From assembly GCF_001194135.2 (NCBI RefSeq), contig NC_068981.1, positions 92,373,220 to 92,413,549 of the forward strand: DNA of 40,330 bases, read 5' to 3'. The notes under the pieces are model-generated. The model had not been told where the DNA came from and did not search any database. It worked only from the letters and a program-made list of their open reading frames with translations. Below are positions 35,970 to 40,330 of this stretch, one piece after another (position 1 is the stretch's first letter; the number at the start of each line of letters is the position of its first letter). Made by a program: the position numbers and the translations under genes. Source of the DNA: Octopus bimaculoides (taxonomy: Eukaryota).

Positions 35970-36044
<75 letters not shown>
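35880..36044. repeat. (GCT)/(ACC)/(ACT)14(AGT)10 compound trinucleotide repeat
   Basis: Direct reading; ACT run 35973-36014 and AGT run 36015-36044. Confidence 0.95.
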
Positions 36045-37374
36045 TTTATGGCTATTAGCGTTAGAACTACTGCTACTCCCACTATGTGAAGTTTTCCTAA
36101 TGCCACTATTTGGTCATAAACCGGTAGATACTCGTGTTTGATGTTATTAATTCTTGAAGCTATCCAAGTTTTCTTCTTTGATAGAGTAAGTAAAAACAGT
36201 ATAAATGTGAAACAGGAAGCAAATTAGTTTACCTACTATGAGCTGTAGTCGATGGCAATCGGAATTCAGACAGCAATGTGACTCTGTGTTTTACTCATAA
36301 TCTCACCCACTCACGTTTCCACAAGCAATTTCTCACGCTTATTTCAAAGTTTAAAAAATAAGTTAAATAGCTTAAAGACTTCTGATAGTCTGGAGGCGCG
36401 TTTTTAGTTTCCCCGTATACCACCTTTCACGCGGTAGCGGCATCTGCAGTTCGCATCATCATACAGTTGGGAAATACTTTCTACGTGTGTGGCTTGCGAT
36501 TGTGGTGGACGGCGATTTGACGCAGGATAGCGATTTTAGGCTTCCAATCTACTACGCGATACATAGGCCAGAAATTTCGAAAATAAACAAAAGACTTTAT
36601 TTTAATACAGTGACCAAGAAGCGATGAAGTAAATGATGGCGCAGAAAAAGATGTCTTCTACAAAACAAAATCTGGCGCTGCAACGTATAAGAGTATTTTC
36701 AAAAACGGCTGGAAGAGAAATTATTGTAAGATATAAAATGTGGCTCTGACAACTTCTTCTGTATTTCTTGTTCCACAAAGTGACCTTGCTCTCATCAAGG
36801 CCACGCTTATGTGAAAAATATACAATTTTTCTTTCCTATCACGAAAAAAGTGTATTAATAAACATCCTAAAGGACTGCAGTATATTGATTACTGACGTGG
36901 AATCATAATTGCGCTTACAATAAAACCGACTCTGCTAGGAAATGTAAGGGTATCTGACCACTTTTTTTAGCTCCAGATCCGAATTATCATGACTTTGAGT
37001 TTATGAGGTTTGGCAGGACTAGAAATAACTGAATTGTCTACATGTGAAAATGATATCTATTTCAAACACTAATACCTATACATGATTACAAACAACCTAA
37101 TGTAAAGCCGATCTCAGTGGACTTTATTTTATTAATGCTTTTACGTAAATTTGTATGTATTCGCACACGAACGTGTTTTTTTAATGTGCACTTTAAGAAC
37201 GATGCTGTGTTGAATCAGCTCTACAGTGCCTAATTAAAAATAAGTTGCTCATAAATTTAGTCTGAACATTTATGTGTAATTAATTTTAACAAATGACCTT
37301 GTAAACTAATAATGGAATTCTATACCAAGCACTCATTCAATTCTAAAAATATATTTAACATATAAATATCTCCT

Positions 37375-37649
37375 GGCTGTCCATTCGAACGGACTCTCCG
37401 GCGATTTTTTAACCCCAGAAGGACATCTCTTCTAGCTGGATAACAATGCACAACTGCATCCGATATATTGCAAGCAGGGGAGCGAACCCCTACCACTTTC
37501 TAGCGAAAGGACCAGCAGACCAGTTCTGGTTTTGGGCTAATTCTGCCACTCCTCAGGGCTGGACACCTTGTCTAGCAGACGTTACCAGCTACAGAAGATG
37601 TCCTTTTGCGGTGAAACAATCGAAGTAGATTCCGTTCGAAAGGACAACC
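37375..37649. mobile_element. MITE with ~70-bp imperfect terminal inverted repeats
   Basis: Left GGCTGTCCATTCGAACGGA...AGAAGGACATCTCTTCTAGCTGGATAAC versus reverse-complemented right end GGTTGTCCTTTCGAACGGA...AAAAGGACATCTTCTGTAGCTGGTAAC; no clear TSD. Confidence 0.8.
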
Positions 37650-40064
37650 GTATTAACGTGCCTACGGATATTACTTGTCAGTACAACTGCTGCGTTGATC
37701 TCTTAAGGAGATTTTAAAACTAGCATTTTTGCTTGTTGCAATATCTATTCTTTCTGTGGTTAAATAATTTTGTCCAGCTAGTTGTGATTTCTATAGATAA
37801 TTTTGTTTGTTGTACAAATGACAGTCTTATGCCAAAATATTTTTGATTAAAGTATTCGGTTGTGTAATATCCACGTTTCCATCTGCAGGTGCGTTCCTTG
37901 TATTTAGTCTGCGAGAAATATATTACCTTACAAACATATCGTTCTTTATCGTGTTAAAATAATGTGGACATGATTCTGTCTGTTATTCTGAATTTTATTC
38001 AAGCATCATATGTAAGCAATTCGAATCTTTTAGCTACTGAAAACGAGCTAGAGTGAACTGTATTAATTACTCTTGCATGAATCAGTTTACATATGCTGTT
38101 AGTCACATCTGTGATGAAGAACGTACAAGCTTTAGTAGCTAATTATATTTGAACATCAGTTAAGTCCCACAAATAATGATTCATCCATCAAGTCCATCCT
38201 AATTTAAAATGAAATCGATATATTGATTTATGAAAGATGATGTTGAGCTGAATGCATTTATATCCAATTTTGTCAACAGAAATCAATTTGTTGCGAGCAA
38301 GAGACAATCATTTAAGCCAGAACTATATAGTGATGTATTGTTCGTCGAGTGTCATGTCATCTAATGAATATGCTGATAGTCAATTAATGACCACTTTATA
38401 CGTTCCTTTCAGAAGGGTTAACCAGCATATTTTTCAGGGGTACGAACTTAACAATTACAGTATGTCTAATGACAAAAACATGCTCTCAAAATGCCAGTAT
38501 ATGTTAGATTATGTAGGATGGGAAAATTGCTATCGTTTTTGGAACCATTTTTTTTTTTAAGCATTATGTAAAACAGTTCAACATGATAGTTTATGTTTTA
38601 CTATGTGGGTGATTCAGCTAAAGAGTTGTGTCAAAATACCTGTATGATTTACTATGAGAGGACTGTCGAAATGCATTAAGGAACACTTACTTTCACAATG
38701 AATTTCGAAGGTTTAAGGCCATTTTTCTACATCCCTTGCAAAATGCGATTGATAAGAGCTCTAAAATGTGTGTTGCACATTCGTATAGATAAAAGTGAAA
38801 TGAAAAAGTTGCACATGGATCTTTATAATCAAATACACAGACATAGAGTAAGAAATTGACTGAGAGGGGTGGGGATTTTGAAGGGCTGGAAACAGTGAAG
38901 CACACACCTACTGGCCCAAAATAAAAGCATAATTTTTAAAATAGTTAATAGAATTTATGCAGTTGATATATACATTTGTAGTGACTACATAAGATACTTA
39001 ACCGAAATATATAAGAATTTGAGAAGAAAGGTTTCATGTAGATGTAAACTGAATAGCAAATAAATGCATTTTCTGTTTTATTTACATGACTGAACTAACA
39101 CTTTACAAGCGGTTTCGTAGCATTTACAGGATATAGGCAACTTGATTTATGTGTATAAATATCTTAGAAAGATACATATTTAGATAATGGCGATTTGCTC
39201 ATAAAATTTATGATATATATACTTATAAGGAACACTCCTATATGAAAGATATGAAAGTTGTCTTAACATATGGTGGACGAATATGTGGTAATAATTTACT
39301 CATAGGTTTGAGAACTCTTGTGGTAGTGCGTACTTCAAGTTATTAACTCCTGAAAATTTTTGTTGCACTTTTTAGAATGAGGGTGCAATAAATCTATGTG
39401 CATTTGAAATGATTGTAAACTCTAAAAGGATTCATGAAATTACACATATAGTGTTCTGTCATTCAAGTATAATGGAAAACTTCAAATGAACATATATTTC
39501 CAGTTTTACTATAAAATTATTATCTTTAAATATTTTAGGAAATCTTAGACGTGTGAAACGGTTTAATTCTAGATTTATAAAATCTCACCAATGTAAATAA
39601 TCATCCTGATGTAAATAATGTTGTTGTGTATTGCGTCAAACAACAATGCTTTTAATTGGATGAAGATTCACAGCAAATTACTTCAGTAGTTACAGCACTA
39701 TTCTGGTAAAGTATAAGTTATCGTATTATTGGAATTGTTAAGCGGATAACTAACTTTCTCTGAGTAATTTTACGGCAATAATTTTCTATATGCAAATCGA
39801 AAATTTCTCTGAGGCATAATTTTATAATCATGAATATTTTCTGTAGTAATGAGGTGTTATAATGAAATTAATTGCTTGTAGATTGGCATTTCAAATAACT
39901 TCGAAAATAGTAATCCAAATTTGTCTCCATGACATTACCGTTTCATAACATTTCTAGGCTGCATTGGTGATCGAAATAAACCGATCAGTAATTTCAACTA
40001 GCTTTTGACGATATTAAACGATCACTTATGAATAGCATAAAATCCACAAAATAAAAATGTTAAA

Positions 40065-40177
40065 CCAAGCAATATGATGGCAAAATCTTATTGGTAGGTT
40101 TCAGATAAATACATATGGCACCAAGCAATATTGTTGGCAAAATTATATTGTTTGGTGTCAGATAAATACTATATGTA
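40065..40177. repeat. Imperfect 56-bp tandem duplication
   Basis: CCAAGCAATAT...GGCAAAAT...TCAGATAAATAC units start at 40065 and 40121. Confidence 0.85.
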
Positions 40178-40330
40178 CAAGAGCTGACATATTGGAGGAA
40201 GGGGCTAGTAGATCACATCATCCGCTATACACAACTGGTATTTATTTTTCAACCCTGAAAAGAAGAAAGGAAAGCTCGATCTTGACGGATTTAAAATACC
40301 TTGTTCAGAATTAATATGCATATATATATA

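Noticed and set aside
1-40330. CRISPR array, rRNA or prokaryotic operon/defence system
   Set aside because: No regularly spaced repeat-spacer units, no rRNA motifs and no gene-dense coding; the sequence is eukaryotic repeat-rich DNA.

Overview
AT-rich animal genomic DNA with several N-gaps and a very high density of (CA)n/(TA)n/(CATA)n/(GATA)n microsatellites and tRNA-derived SINEs. This repeat landscape is most consistent with an octopus genome (inference, not verified). I recognise no intact host gene; most listed ORFs are microsatellite or gap artefacts. Supported content is mostly transposon relics: a gag-like (CCHC zinc-knuckle) retroelement with no visible RT at 1-1479, two decayed Tx1/L1-type ORF2 3' fragments, a decayed mariner transposase, a probable RTE LINE end, two MITE-like elements and about 15 SINE copies built from interchangeable heads and tails. 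The most interesting signals are: a degenerate type I hammerhead ribozyme with a 16-bp stem II at ~11.06-11.14 kb; a ~45-bp 3' tail shared between the RT-less element and one SINE subfamily; and two unexplained pre-miRNA-sized hairpins (4557-4645, 26787-26850). All coordinates, alignments and pairings were read by eye.
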